Assembly (NCBI GenBank): GCA_030446685.1
Contig: JAUJMV010000033.1
Coordinates: 1-52,328, forward strand
Reading direction: 5' to 3'
DNA length: 52,328 nt
Origin: Thermomicrobiales bacterium
GTDB lineage: Bacteria > Chloroflexota > Chloroflexia > Thermomicrobiales > CADCWN01
Position numbers and translations under genes: made by a program. Shown piece after piece: positions 28,246 to 38,236 of the stretch; position 1 is the stretch's first letter; each line of letters begins with the position of its first letter. The notes beneath the pieces were generated by a model that searched no databases, was not told the DNA's origin, and was given only the letters and a program-made list of their open reading frames with translations.

Positions 28246-29955
28246 TTAACGGTCGCGGGCGACGTAGACGTAGAAGAGCGGCCCGCCGCTGCCGCCGAAT
28301 TTGGGGTTGAGCACTTGGCCCTGGTTGATGTGCTTCAGGACGATCACGTCCTTGCCGCGCTCGGCGGCGAGGCGCTTGAACTCCGCCACGCGGCCCCGGT
28401 AGGCGGCGGGGTTGCTGGGCTCGCCGTCGCGGTGGGCGATGTAGATCGTCTCCGGGTCGTCGAGGAGGCGGTCGAGTGTGTGGTAGAAGCTGTCGGGCGG
28501 GTCCTGCGTCTGGCCGTAGATTTCCCGCGGCTGGACGCGGCCGTGGGTCAGGAGTTCGACGTTGTGCTTCATCCCCCAGTCGAGCGCGTAGGGGCGGGTG
28601 AAGCCGTTGCGGTCGAGGTAGGTTGCCAGGTCGTTGATGCTGGCCGAGAAGGTGTCCTTGCCGCCCGTCTCGGCGAGGGCGCGGTGGTAGCGCCGGTCGA
28701 CGGCCAGGTCGCCGAGCAGCAGCGGCGCGAGCAGCGCCAGCACCGGCAGGGTCGAGGCTAGCGTCCGTAACGCGGGCCGCGCGGTCTGACGAGCGGCGAC
28801 AGTGGCAAGGCTCCGCCCGAGCAGGACGGCGAAGGCCGCGACGATGATCTGCGGCAGCGGCAGCATGATCAGCAGGTGGGTCGCCTCGAAGCCGGAGACG
28901 GTGACGATGCTCTGGGCGAAGATCGCCGCCGGCAGGGCCAGGGCGAAGACCGTGGCGTCGCGGTGGCGGCGGTAGGCCGGGACCGCGCAGACGAGCGCCA
29001 GCAGCCCGACAGCACTGACGAGGACGATCGGGACGGCGAAGGGGTTGGTGTAGACGCGGCCGTGGAACCAGAAGTAGGAGCCGTCGAGCAGCGACTGGAC
29101 GTTGTCGAGCCGCCGCGCGAGGTTGGCGGCGAACGCCAGGTTGTCGACCCCCTTCTCGGTCTGGCCGGCGTTGGCGCGCAGCACCTTCAGGGTGCCGCCG
29201 CTGGCGAGGTTGTAACCGATGAGCGGCGCGGCCCCGAGCAGGAAGCCGGACCCCGCCGCCAGGACCGCCCGCCGCGCGACCGGCGGCGGATCGGCGAGGC
29301 GCGCGCGCAGGGGGCGCCGCCGGAGCGGCCGGCCCGCGGCGTCGTGGGGCCAGCGCCAGTTGACGAGCCAGACGGCGGCCCCCGCCGCCGCCGCGCCGGC
29401 GATGAACCAGACGAACAGCACCTTCGTGCTCAGGCCGAGCCCGACCAGCAACCCGGCCAGCGCCAGCCAGCCGGCCCCCCCGCCCCGCCGCCAGCGCAGG
29501 AAGCAGAGGGTCGCGCCGGTCGCCAGCGGCACGACCTGGATGACGACGTAGACGCCGACGCGCGACCAGAAGATCAGCGCCGGGCTGACCGCCAGCAGGG
29601 CCGCGGCCAGCAGGCCGACCGGGCGGCCGTAGAGCCGCCGCCCCAGCAGGTAGGTCAGGAGCACGGCCAGCGCGCCGAGGCCGATCGTCATCGCGCGGAT
29701 CGGCCCGACCCCGACACCGAAGAGCGCGAAGAGTGGCAGGACGCCGTACATGCTGGTGACGCCCTGGTAGTCGCTGATCATCACCGGCAGGTCGCGGCCG
29801 AAGAGCCGGACCCCGACGCCCCGGTTGAGATCGACCGGCTGCCCGAGGACCAGTTGCATCGCGGGGATGACGTCGTACGCCTCGTCGTTGTAGAGGCCAG
29901 GCAGCCACCACTGGTAGCCGGCGATGGCGGCGAAGACGGTCACCAGCGCCGCCAC
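28246..29955 (-). CDS. Glycosyltransferase family 39 (ArnT/PMT-like GT-C) membrane protein; start may be ATC at 30102
   Basis: PGLYNDEA luminal motif, many TM helices, GLSTK. Confidence 0.82.
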   Translation of the reverse strand: MAALVTVFAAIAGYQWWLPGLYNDEAYDVIPAMQLVLGQPVDLNRGVGVRLFGRDLPVMISDYQGVTSMYGVLPLFALFGVGVGPIRAMTIGLGALAVLLTYLLGRRLYGRPVGLLAAALLAVSPALIFWSRVGVYVVIQVVPLATGATLCFLRWRRGGGAGWLALAGLLVGLGLSTKVLFVWFIAGAAAAGAAVWLVNWRWPHDAAGRPLRRRPLRARLADPPPVARRAVLAAGSGFLLGAAPLIGYNLASGGTLKVLRANAGQTEKGVDNLAFAANLARRLDNVQSLLDGSYFWFHGRVYTNPFAVPIVLVSAVGLLALVCAVPAYRRHRDATVFALALPAAIFAQSIVTVSGFEATHLLIMLPLPQIIVAAFAVLLGRSLATVAARQTARPALRTLASTLPVLALLAPLLLGDLAVDRRYHRALAETGGKDTFSASINDLATYLDRNGFTRPYALDWGMKHNVELLTHGRVQPREIYGQTQDPPDSFYHTLDRLLDDPETIYIAHRDGEPSNPAAYRGRVAEFKRLAAERGKDVIVLKHINQGQVLNPKFGGSGGPLFYVYVARDR

Positions 29956-30117
29956 GACGAGCCAATCCCACCAGATTGCGGGCGGGCGGCGCGATGGGCG
30001 TGCCGATCCGGCCGCTGCGGGGACCGCAGGCGGTCGGTCGGCGACGGCGGGCGGTTCGGCGACCGCGCCGCGGCTGGACCTGTTGACGTTGAGCGCGCGG
30101 ATGGCCGTTCTCCAGTC

Positions 30118-30902
30118 TCAGGCCGGACGCAAGACGACGCGCGGCGGTGGCCTGCGGGGCCGCGGGGGTCGTTGAGGTGCGCGCCGTGCAGTATAACGGG
30201 AAATCGCCGCGCCGGTGACGGCGCGGCGGGAACGATCATCGCACCGCGCCCACATCCGCGCCGCCGTCACTCGCCGGCGAGGATCGACCTTCGCGCCGTG
30301 GCACTGGGCGAGGAGCACCGCCTGGGCCAGGTCGAGCCGGACGCCGGCGAGGTCGAGCGCCTTGAGGTCGATGCCGTCCACGGTCGCCCCGCGCAGGTCC
30401 GCGCCCTTGAGGCGGGCCTGGCTGACATCGGCGCGGGTGAGGTCGGCGCCGCGCAGGTCGGCGCGCTCCAGGTTGCAGCGGTGCAGGATCGCCTCGTTGA
30501 AGCGGATCTTGCGCAGGTCGCGCTTGCTGAGGTCCTGGTAGGCGAGGATCGTGTAGGACCAGTCGCCGCCGGCGATCGCGATCGCCGCCAGGTTCGCCTC
30601 GCCGAAGGTCGCGCCGGTCAGCTTGCATTCGGTGAAGCGCGCGGTGAAGAGGTTCGCCAGGCCGAAGCGGCAGTTGGGGAAGGCCGAGCCCTCGTGGGTC
30701 GAGCCGTTGAGGCGCGCGCCGGTGAAGTCGATACTGGTGACGCTGAGCGTCGAAGGTGCAGCCCTTCGTGGTGGCTTCGTCCAGCCGCGCGCCCGAGTCG
30801 GAAGGTGCAGCGGGTGAAGCGGCAGCCGCGCAACTCCGCGTCGCTCAGGTCGGCGTCGTCGAAGCTCTCGGCGGTGTGTTCCCGGTCGGTCCAGACGATC
30901 AT
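30118..30902 (-). CDS. Pentapeptide repeat protein (frameshifted; real stop possibly ~30267)
   Basis: A(D/N)L/F-x-x repeats: FDDADLSDAELRGCRF, FTGARL, CKLTGATFGEANL, ADLRGADLTRADVSQARLKGADLRGA. Confidence 0.8.
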
Positions 30903-31876
30903 CTCACCGCGCCCATATCGTCATAGCGCACCAGCACCTTCACCGGCGTGATCGCCCCGGTCGCCAGCCGCTCGAAGGTGGCGGCGAGGTCGCCGGCGGT
31001 GGTGTGACAGTCGAAGAGGGCTTCGAGGTTGCGGGCGTAATCATGGTCGCCCCCGCGGAGGACATCGAAGTACCAGCGGGCGTGTTCCTGATAATCCCAG
31101 CCGTCGCTCGACCCGACGACGAGCAGTTCCCGCTCGTGGAAGGCGGGGGCCAGGGCCAGCGGCTCGCGGTTGCCGTCGGCGAGGACGCAGACGCGCCCGC
31201 CGTGTGCCATCCGCCCTTGGAGGAGCGCGAAACCGGCAGCGCTGCTGGAACATTCGAAGGCGGCGGCGTAGGCCGACGCGTCGTCCGCGCCCTCCTCCGG
31301 CGGCAGCGCGCCCCGCGCCCCGAGGCGCAGGGCCAGGTCGCGCCGCTCCGCGCGCGGCTCGATCACATCGATGGCGCGCAGGCCAGAGGCGTGCAGCACG
31401 AAGACCGCCAGGAGGCCGATCGCGCCCGCGCCGCTGACCAGGATCGGTTCGTCGGGCTGTGGTTTGAGCTTGCGGACGCCCTTCGCCGCGTCGCAGGAGA
31501 GGATCGCCAGCAGCGCCAGCGCGTCCGGGATGCCGTCCGGCACGACGATCGCCTTCGCCTCCGGCACGACGCCGTGCGTGCGGTGGCCGTAGGGGGCGAC
31601 GACCCGCTCCCCGACCCGCAGCGGCCGCGCCGCCGCGCCGCGCGCGACGACTCTGCCGACGCTCTCGTAGCCGGTCATGCAGGGGTAGGTCGCCGGCGCG
31701 CCGCTCCGCGCCGTCCCTCGGTAGAGCGGCAATTCGCTGCCGATGCTGATCGCCCCGGCGGTCGTCTGGACCAGCACCTCGTCGTCCCGCAGGGGCGGCA
31801 ACTTCTCCGTCGCCCAGCGCAACCGGTGTGGCGCGGCCAGCAGGAGCGAGCGGCGCCGCACCGATAACGCGCTCAT
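30899..31876 (-). CDS. Zinc-binding alcohol dehydrogenase (MDR) family protein
   Basis: GAISIGSE, GYESVG, GAGAIG nucleotide-binding motif. Confidence 0.85.
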   Translation of the reverse strand: MSALSVRRRSLLLAAPHRLRWATEKLPPLRDDEVLVQTTAGAISIGSELPLYRGTARSGAPATYPCMTGYESVGRVVARGAAARPLRVGERVVAPYGHRTHGVVPEAKAIVVPDGIPDALALLAILSCDAAKGVRKLKPQPDEPILVSGAGAIGLLAVFVLHASGLRAIDVIEPRAERRDLALRLGARGALPPEEGADDASAYAAAFECSSSAAGFALLQGRMAHGGRVCVLADGNREPLALAPAFHERELLVVGSSDGWDYQEHARWYFDVLRGGDHDYARNLEALFDCHTTAGDLAATFERLATGAITPVKVLVRYDDMGAVR

Positions 31877-32238
31877 GGCAGAAGCCGCTGGCGCAAACGG
31901 ACTTCCTCGACGACCGTGAGCCGGCCCTCCAGCGTGATATTCGGGGCGGAGAGCAACTGGAGAAGCCGCTCGCCGGGTTCTTCCGGTCTCTGCGCCTGAA
32001 AGCGAAAGTACACCATGCCGCTCGGGGTCGGTTGTTGAAGGCGGTAGGCGATCTCGCCGTAATCGCGGTCGAACGTCAACAGGACGCGCCCCTCAGCGAC
32101 CGCGCGCGCCATGATGTCGACATCGGCGGTGCCGGGCGCATCCTCGAGGATGGATGCCACGTCGTATCCCTCCCGGCGTAGGAGCCGCACACTCGGGAGA
32201 GGGAAGTTCTCGTCGGCCAGGAAGCGGTGCGGGCTCAC
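31873..32238 (-). CDS. DUF5615 PIN-like toxin
   Basis: FLADENFP, D.DIMA.A..EGRVLLTFDRDYG, RQRLLP. Confidence 0.88.
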   Translation of the reverse strand: MSPHRFLADENFPLPSVRLLRREGYDVASILEDAPGTADVDIMARAVAEGRVLLTFDRDYGEIAYRLQQPTPSGMVYFRFQAQRPEEPGERLLQLLSAPNITLEGRLTVVEEVRLRQRLLP

Positions 32239-32486
32239 CGCGTCTCGGCCGGTAGGATAAACATCGCTTCTTCGCGCAACAGTTCGGCGGCGAAGGCGAA
32301 GATCGCGCGTAACGCCTCGGGCGTCAGGTTCGGATAGCTCTCCAGCACTTCTTCTTGGGTCCAGCCCGCAGCGAACAGCCCCATGATGAAGTCCGTGGCC
32401 AGCCGCGTGCCTTTGACGACCGGCTTGCCGGAGAGGATCGCCGGGTCGCCGTGGATGTACTGCCGCCAGTCGATCGCCTCGCCCAT
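32235..32486 (-). CDS. DUF433 antitoxin
   Basis: DPAILSGKPVVKGTRL...G.T.EEVLESYPNL. Confidence 0.9.
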   Translation of the reverse strand: MGEAIDWRQYIHGDPAILSGKPVVKGTRLATDFIMGLFAAGWTQEEVLESYPNLTPEALRAIFAFAAELLREEAMFILPAETR

Positions 32487-32525
32487 GACCGCCTTCCTTC
32501 CCTGTCCCTGGTTATTCCGCGCTCG

Positions 32526-35390
32526 TCAGAGGGGCTCGGTGTCGCCCCAGTTCGGGCCGACCTTCACCTCGACCTCCAGCGGGACGATCAGGCCCAGGTC
32601 GTCGCCGACATCGCGCATGATCGTGCGGGCGAGCGCGGCGAGGGGTTCGATCTCCGACCGCGGCGCCTCGAAGACGAGTTCGTCGTGGACCTGGAGCAGC
32701 AGCTTGCTGAGGAGCCCCTCGTCCGGCAGCGCGGCGTGCATGCGGATCATCGCCTCCTTCATCAGGTCGGCGGCGGTCCCCTGCACCGGCATGTTGATCG
32801 CCATCCGCTCGGCGGCGGAGCGCTTCGCGCCGTTGGGCGAGTTGATCTCCGGGATGTAGCGCCGCCGCCCGCTGACCGCGGCGACGTAGCCGTGCTCGAT
32901 CGCGTGTTGCTTGCTGCCGTTGAGGTAGCCCTGCACCTTCGGGTACTGCTTGAAGTAGGTCTCGATGAAGCGTCCCGCCTGGGCGACCGGCATGCCGGTG
33001 TCGCGCGCCAGGCCGTAGGCGCTCAGGCCGTAGATGATCCCGAAGTTGGCGCTCTTGGCGATCCGGCGCTGGTCGGGCGTCACCTCCTCCAGCGGGACGT
33101 TGTAGACGATCGCGGCGGTGCGGCGGTGGATGTCCTCGCCGCGCCGGAAGGCGGCGATCAGGTTCTCGTCGGCGCTGAAGTGCGCGAGCAGGCGCAGCTC
33201 GACCTGGGAGTAGTCGGCGGTGAGCAGCACCGCCTCCTCGTCGGGGAAGAGGTGCTTCGGCGAGCGGTTGTCGGCGATGAACGCGCGGCGCACCTCGCGC
33301 CCGATCTCGGTGCGGATCGGGATGTTCTGCAGGTTCGGGTTGACCGAGCTGAGCCGCCCGGTCGAGGCGATCGTCTGGTTGAACGAGGTGTGGACGCGCC
33401 CGGTCGCCGGGTTGACCATCTCGGGGAGCGAGTCGACGTAGGTCGACTTCAGCTTGCCGAGCTGGCGGTACTCGAGGACCGCCTCGACGATCGGGTGCTT
33501 GTCGCGCAGCTCCTCCAGCACGTCCTGGTTGGTCGAGTAGCCGGTCTGGGTGCGCTTGGTCCCCTTCAGGCCCAACTCCTCGAAGAGAACCTTGGCGAGT
33601 TGCTGGGTGGAGTTGATGTTGAACGGGCGCCCGGCCAGTTCGTGGATCTGCCGCTCGCGCTCGGCGATGATCTCGCTGATCCGGCCGGAGAGGCCGCGCA
33701 GGTAGTCGCCGTCGAGGGCGATGCCGGTCATCTCCATGTCGGCCAGCACCGGGACTAGCGGCAGCTCGATCTGGTCGAAGACCGCCTCCAGCCCGCGCTC
33801 GTGCAACTCGTTGGCGAAGGGCGCGACGAGGCGATAGGTGGAATGGACATCGGCCCCGGCGTAGGCGGTGACGCGCGCGATGTCGACCTGGTCGATCGTG
33901 ATCTGGCTCTTGCCGCGCCCGATCAGCTCCTCGATCGGCTGCATCTCGATCCCCAGGCGGGTGAAGGCGAGTTCCTTCAGCCCGACCGTCGACTCGCCGA
34001 GCAGGTAGGCGGCGATCATCGTGTCGAAGCGGACGCCGCGCAGATCGAGGCCGGCGTTGCGCAGGACGATCAGGTCGTACTTGCCGTGGTGGGCGTACTT
34101 CGGCAGGCGCTCGTCGGCCAAGATCGGCCCCAACGCGGCGCGCACCGTCGCCAGGTCGAGTTGCGGCCCCGCCCCCTCGGCGGGCTGGTGCGCGACCGGG
34201 ATGTAGTAGCTCCGGTCCGGCCCGGTGGCGATCGCGATCCCGACCAGCGCGGCGCGGACGGGGTCGAGCGCGGTGCTCTCCACGTCGATCGCGAAGGGTT
34301 CGCCCCGGCGCAGCTCGGCCGCCAGCGCGTCGAGCGCGGTCCGGTCGGTGATCGCGACGCTGGTGTACTCGACCTGATCGGCGTGCTTCGCGGGCTCGGC
34401 CGTCTCGGGCGCGTTCCAGGGCTGGGGGAGGCGGCCGGCGAGGGTGCGGAACTCCAGCTCGCGGAAGAGCTCGATCACCCGGTCGCGGTCGTAGCCGCCC
34501 TCGCGCCCGGCCAGGTCGAGGTCGAGGTCGAGGTCGGTGCGGATCGTCGCCAGGTGCTTCGACTCGAGCGCCCGGTCGAAGTGCTCCTCCAGCGCGGCGC
34601 GGGCTTTCGGCGGCTTGATCTCGGCCAAGTGGTCGCGCATCGCCTCGAGCGCGCCGTAGGTGGCGATCAGCGTCTTGGCGGTCTTGTCGCCGATGCCGGG
34701 GACGCCGGGGATGTTGTCGGAGGTGTCGCCGACCAGCGCCTTGTAGTCGGGGACGAGCGGCGGGTCGAAGCCGAAGCGGTCGCGCACCGCCCGGACGTCG
34801 TAGGTGCGCAGTTCGGAGAAGGAGTTGTTGGGGCCGGGGGTGACGACCTCGATGCCGTCGCCGACCAGTTGGAGCAGATCGCTGTCGCCGGTGATCACCG
34901 TGGCGTCGTAGCCGGCGGCGGCGGCCTTCTTCGCCAGGGTGCCGATCACGTCGTCGGCCTCGAAGCCGCGCAGCTCGCGGATCGGGATGTTGAACGCCTC
35001 GACGAGCTGGCGGATGCGCGCCATCTGCCCGCGCAGCTCGTCGGGCATCGGGGCGCGGGTGGCCTTGTAGGCGGCGCTGAGGTCGTGGCGGAAGGTGCGC
35101 CCGGTGTCGAAGGTCATCACGATCTGGTCGGGCTGGTAGAGGCGCAGCACCTCCAGCAGCATCAGCGTGAAGCCGAAGACGGCGTTGGTCGGCTCGCCCT
35201 TGGTCGTCGCCAGGTTGGCGCGCATGGCGTGGAAGGCGCGGTAGGCCAGGCCGTGCCCGTCGATCAGGATCAGCGTCTCGGCCCGCCGTGCGGCGTCGCC
35301 CGGCCGGTCGCCCCGGTCGGCCGGTTCGACGGCGGGCTCCGCGGCGGGTTCCGGCTCGTCGGTCTGCGGCAATCGTTGCTGTGTCGCCAT
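32526..35390 (-). CDS. polA: DNA polymerase I
   Basis: ATG at 35390; 5'-3' exonuclease (LIDG, EADD, GDTSDNIPG), 3'-5' exonuclease (DVE, KYD, YA..D), polymerase motifs TGRLSS.NPNLQNIP, DYSQVELR, K..NFGIIYG, QVHDELV. Confidence 0.98.
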   Translation of the reverse strand: MATQQRLPQTDEPEPAAEPAVEPADRGDRPGDAARRAETLILIDGHGLAYRAFHAMRANLATTKGEPTNAVFGFTLMLLEVLRLYQPDQIVMTFDTGRTFRHDLSAAYKATRAPMPDELRGQMARIRQLVEAFNIPIRELRGFEADDVIGTLAKKAAAAGYDATVITGDSDLLQLVGDGIEVVTPGPNNSFSELRTYDVRAVRDRFGFDPPLVPDYKALVGDTSDNIPGVPGIGDKTAKTLIATYGALEAMRDHLAEIKPPKARAALEEHFDRALESKHLATIRTDLDLDLDLAGREGGYDRDRVIELFRELEFRTLAGRLPQPWNAPETAEPAKHADQVEYTSVAITDRTALDALAAELRRGEPFAIDVESTALDPVRAALVGIAIATGPDRSYYIPVAHQPAEGAGPQLDLATVRAALGPILADERLPKYAHHGKYDLIVLRNAGLDLRGVRFDTMIAAYLLGESTVGLKELAFTRLGIEMQPIEELIGRGKSQITIDQVDIARVTAYAGADVHSTYRLVAPFANELHERGLEAVFDQIELPLVPVLADMEMTGIALDGDYLRGLSGRISEIIAERERQIHELAGRPFNINSTQQLAKVLFEELGLKGTKRTQTGYSTNQDVLEELRDKHPIVEAVLEYRQLGKLKSTYVDSLPEMVNPATGRVHTSFNQTIASTGRLSSVNPNLQNIPIRTEIGREVRRAFIADNRSPKHLFPDEEAVLLTADYSQVELRLLAHFSADENLIAAFRRGEDIHRRTAAIVYNVPLEEVTPDQRRIAKSANFGIIYGLSAYGLARDTGMPVAQAGRFIETYFKQYPKVQGYLNGSKQHAIEHGYVAAVSGRRRYIPEINSPNGAKRSAAERMAINMPVQGTAADLMKEAMIRMHAALPDEGLLSKLLLQVHDELVFEAPRSEIEPLAALARTIMRDVGDDLGLIVPLEVEVKVGPNWGDTEPL

Positions 35391-35796
35391 GCGTACGTTC
35401 GCTCCTTCCCGTATCCGCCCCAGCCTACTAAGTATACGCGACGGAGCGGCGGCGGCCAAATGGCCGCCGCCGCTGCCGGGCCAGGCTCGTGGCGGTACGG
35501 CCGCGGCCGCGGCGCCCGGTGAACGCCGCGCCGGCCCCGGTCCAGCGGCGTATTTGAACGGTACTGGTCGTGGGGGCGTATGGCGCACACTCCCACGCCC
35601 GATCGGTGGCGCAGGGGACCGCGTCAGGGCGATGGTCGGCGCGGCGGCGGGGCAAAGAGGGGGCCGGCGCCCTGAGGGAGGCGCCGGCCCGGGAGGAGGA
35701 AGATCACGGATGCCAGGGTGTGCCAGAGGCGTCCGTGGGACGATGGGTGAGCGTCCATCGCCCCCGTATAGTACCGGGCGAACCTCAAAATCCGCC

Positions 35797-36258
35797 TCAA
35801 TAACCGGCCCCATTCTCGGGGGCGGCGGGCGGCGCGCCAACTCCCGGCTGCCAGCGGCGCTGGCGGCGCGTCCAGCCGAGCCGCGCGATCGTCCGCGACA
35901 TCGTCGCGATGCTGACCTGCCGCCCCTGGTGCTCGGTCCACCAGCGGCAGAAGTCCGCCAGCGTCGCCTCGGGGTGCGCGGCGAGCTGGGCCTGCAGCGC
36001 GGCGTGCTGCGCGGGGTCGCGCGCGGTGGCGATCGCCGGGGGCCGCCCGATCGCCGACTTCGGCGCGAGCGTGCCGGTGTCGCGGCGCTGCTTGAGGTAG
36101 CGCTTGATCGTCGCCAGCGAGACGTTGAAGTGGGCCGCGGCCTCCGCGCGCGGCATGCCGGCGTCCACCGCGGCCAGGATGCGCTCCCGTGTGCTGACCG
36201 GATAGGCCCGCCTCGCCGGCCTATCCGCGCTCTTGCCCCGCTCGTTCTGCTGATACAT
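35797..36258 (-). mobile_element. IS630-family transposase N-terminal HTH module without DDE domain
   Basis: AY...RERILAAVDAG....EAA..FNVS..TIKRY....R.TG.L.P, HPEATL, VS.ATMSR.I.RLGWT; no catalytic ORF follows. Confidence 0.75.
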
Positions 36259-36576
36259 CGCCGTTGCCCCCTGCCGATCGTCGCGTCCCGGCGGCCGCGA
36301 TCCGCCCGCGCGTTCCCGCCGGCGCCGCGACCGAATCCTACTGCTGGATAGCGTACCGGACGATCCTCAATGTTCGCCTCAAAGGGTCCGCGGGGGCGGA
36401 CGGCGGGTCCGGGCCGGAGCGTGGGGCGGAGCTATTGAGGTGGATTTTGAGGTTGCCGGCGTATGGTGGGAGCCAAGAGCTTGTAGCCCAGGAGACCGCG
36501 CCCGTCCCGGCCCGCGATGCCACCGCTCCCGTCGCCCCGGCGCGGCGCGACCGGCTTGCCGAAGGAGGACACCTCC

Positions 36577-37407
36577 ATGGCCGCCACCCCGCTGTCGCCG
36601 CCGCCCCGCGCTCCGCTCCTGCCGTCCGCCGTGCCGTCGGTGATGCTGCCGCGCCATCACGACACGGCCGCCGGCCCGGTCACGGTCGATCTGCTGCGGC
36701 GGCTGCACCCGGCCGATCTGCTGCTGCCGGAGGGCCGGGTGCTCGGCCTCGACGACTGGTACCGGCACGGCCGGCAGAGCCGCGAGTTCGTCCTGGTCGC
36801 CACGCGCGCGGCGGGCCCGCACCAGCGGGTCCTGGGTCAACTCGAATTGCGCTTCGACGCGCCCCTCGGCCCGGCGGGCGGCGCGGACGGCGCCGGGCCG
36901 CGGCGCGGCATGATCGACCGGATCGTCGTCGCGCCGGAGCACCGGGGCGCGGGGATCGGGACGGCGCTGCTGCGGACGGCGCTGGTCTTCGCCCGCGCCA
37001 ACGGGGTCGGCGCCCTGCGCGAGTTCGTCCCCGGCCTGCTCGCGCTGGTGGAGCGTGACGGCGACCGGCGCTGGCTGGAGTACGAGCCGGGGCCGGGGGA
37101 ATTCGGCGGGGTGCGGTCGCTGGTGGTGACGGCCAAAGCCTGCGCCCTGGAGCGGATACCCTGCCTGGTCGTGCGGCCGACGCGCGACCGCCCGGCCGCA
37201 ACACACTCGCCTGTCGTCGGGCGCGACCGCCCGCGCGAGTTGCTCGGGGCCGTCCTGGAAGTGTTGCTCGCGCCGGCTCCACGGCCGGTCGCGACGATCG
37301 GGGTGCTGCGGCCGGCCGCGACCAGCGCCGAGGTGCTGGCGCGGCTGCGGGCGGAGATCGCCGCGCTGGCCGGGATCGCCTGGCCGGAGGCGGATGCGGA
37401 GCCCTGA
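36577..37407 (+). CDS. GNAT-domain protein
   Basis: AAGGAGG RBS; IDRIVVAPEHRGAGIGTALL acetyl-CoA-binding motif. Confidence 0.65.
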   Translation: MAATPLSPPPRAPLLPSAVPSVMLPRHHDTAAGPVTVDLLRRLHPADLLLPEGRVLGLDDWYRHGRQSREFVLVATRAAGPHQRVLGQLELRFDAPLGPAGGADGAGPRRGMIDRIVVAPEHRGAGIGTALLRTALVFARANGVGALREFVPGLLALVERDGDRRWLEYEPGPGEFGGVRSLVVTAKACALERIPCLVVRPTRDRPAATHSPVVGRDRPRELLGAVLEVLLAPAPRPVATIGVLRPAATSAEVLARLRAEIAALAGIAWPEADAEP

Positions 37408-37546
37408 GCGATTGCCCCTAACCCCGGCGGTCTCCGTTCCCCCGGAATTCGGATGCGCGAGCGACTAACACCGGCACCTGTGCGGGCCACGCGCCGCGCG
37501 CGCACTGTCCGTGCCAGCAACCGGGTGCGGCCGGCCGATGCACGGA

Positions 37547-37954
37547 TTAGGGTACTGTCTCCCAATCATCGAGGAGGAGGCCGGCGACGCGGCCGAACTC
37601 GCCGATGTTGTGCGTCACCAGCGTCACGTTGTAGGCGAGCGCGATTGCCGCGATCGGCGGATCGTTGGCACCGATCGGCGTTCCCCGCGCGGCAAGATCC
37701 GCCCGGATATCGCCGTAGACCTGGGCCGCCCGATCGTCGAATGGCAGGGGGGTGAACTGGTCCAAGAACGCGTGCTGGCGCTGGAGCGAGCGCGGTGGAT
37801 CGCTGCTGCGCGCCGCCCCGTAGAACAACTCGGCTTTGACGGGCGAGCAAACCATGACATCATCCCGGCGCACGGCGGCGAGCCGCTGTCGGATGGCGGG
37901 GGCGCGGCCGTTGAGGTAGCGGATGCAGGTATTCGTATCCAGCAGATACTTCAC
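37547..37954 (-). CDS. vapC: VapC PIN-domain toxin
   Basis: GTG at 37954; YLLDTN, AELFYGA, G.PIG.ND..IAA.A, LVTHN..EF.RV.GL..DW. Confidence 0.93.
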   Translation of the reverse strand: MKYLLDTNTCIRYLNGRAPAIRQRLAAVRRDDVMVCSPVKAELFYGAARSSDPPRSLQRQHAFLDQFTPLPFDDRAAQVYGDIRADLAARGTPIGANDPPIAAIALAYNVTLVTHNIGEFGRVAGLLLDDWETVP

Positions 37955-38193
37955 TCCAGCGCCTCGCGCTCCTGCGCCTCGCCCTGGGGGGGGCGAGTGA
38001 GCGGATCCTCGGCGAGCGAGCCGTAGGTTTCCTCGAAGAACCCCGGCGGCCACCCGAGGTCGTCTCGCGGATCGGCCGGCGGTTCATCGATCGGCACGAC
38101 TACCCGATGGCGCCCCGGGGGGAGGTGGAGCGGCTCATCCAACGTCGCGGACCCATCCGCGCCGACCGTCACGGTTGTCTCGATAGTGTGCAT
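37951..38193 (-). CDS. Cognate antitoxin
   Basis: Small acidic protein ending GWPPGFFEETYGSL.EDPL.RPPQG...RE; GTGA overlap with vapC. Confidence 0.8.
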   Translation of the reverse strand: MHTIETTVTVGADGSATLDEPLHLPPGRHRVVVPIDEPPADPRDDLGWPPGFFEETYGSLAEDPLTRPPQGEAQEREALE

Positions 38194-38236
38194 CCGCCAC
38201 TCTCCCACGCTGCCCTCTTCTCTGTCCACGGCGGGG

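Noticed and set aside
35388-35402. LexA box overlapping the polA start (CGAACGTACGCAT)
   Set aside because: Only the GAAC half of GAAC-N4-GTTC matches.
885-35522. Long antisense/overlapping ORFs (e.g. 885-2666+, 4625-6871+, 12924-15275+, 18053-20128+, 28876-30951+, 33801-35522+)
   Set aside because: Shadow ORFs expected at very high GC; they show no recognisable motifs and lie opposite well-supported genes.
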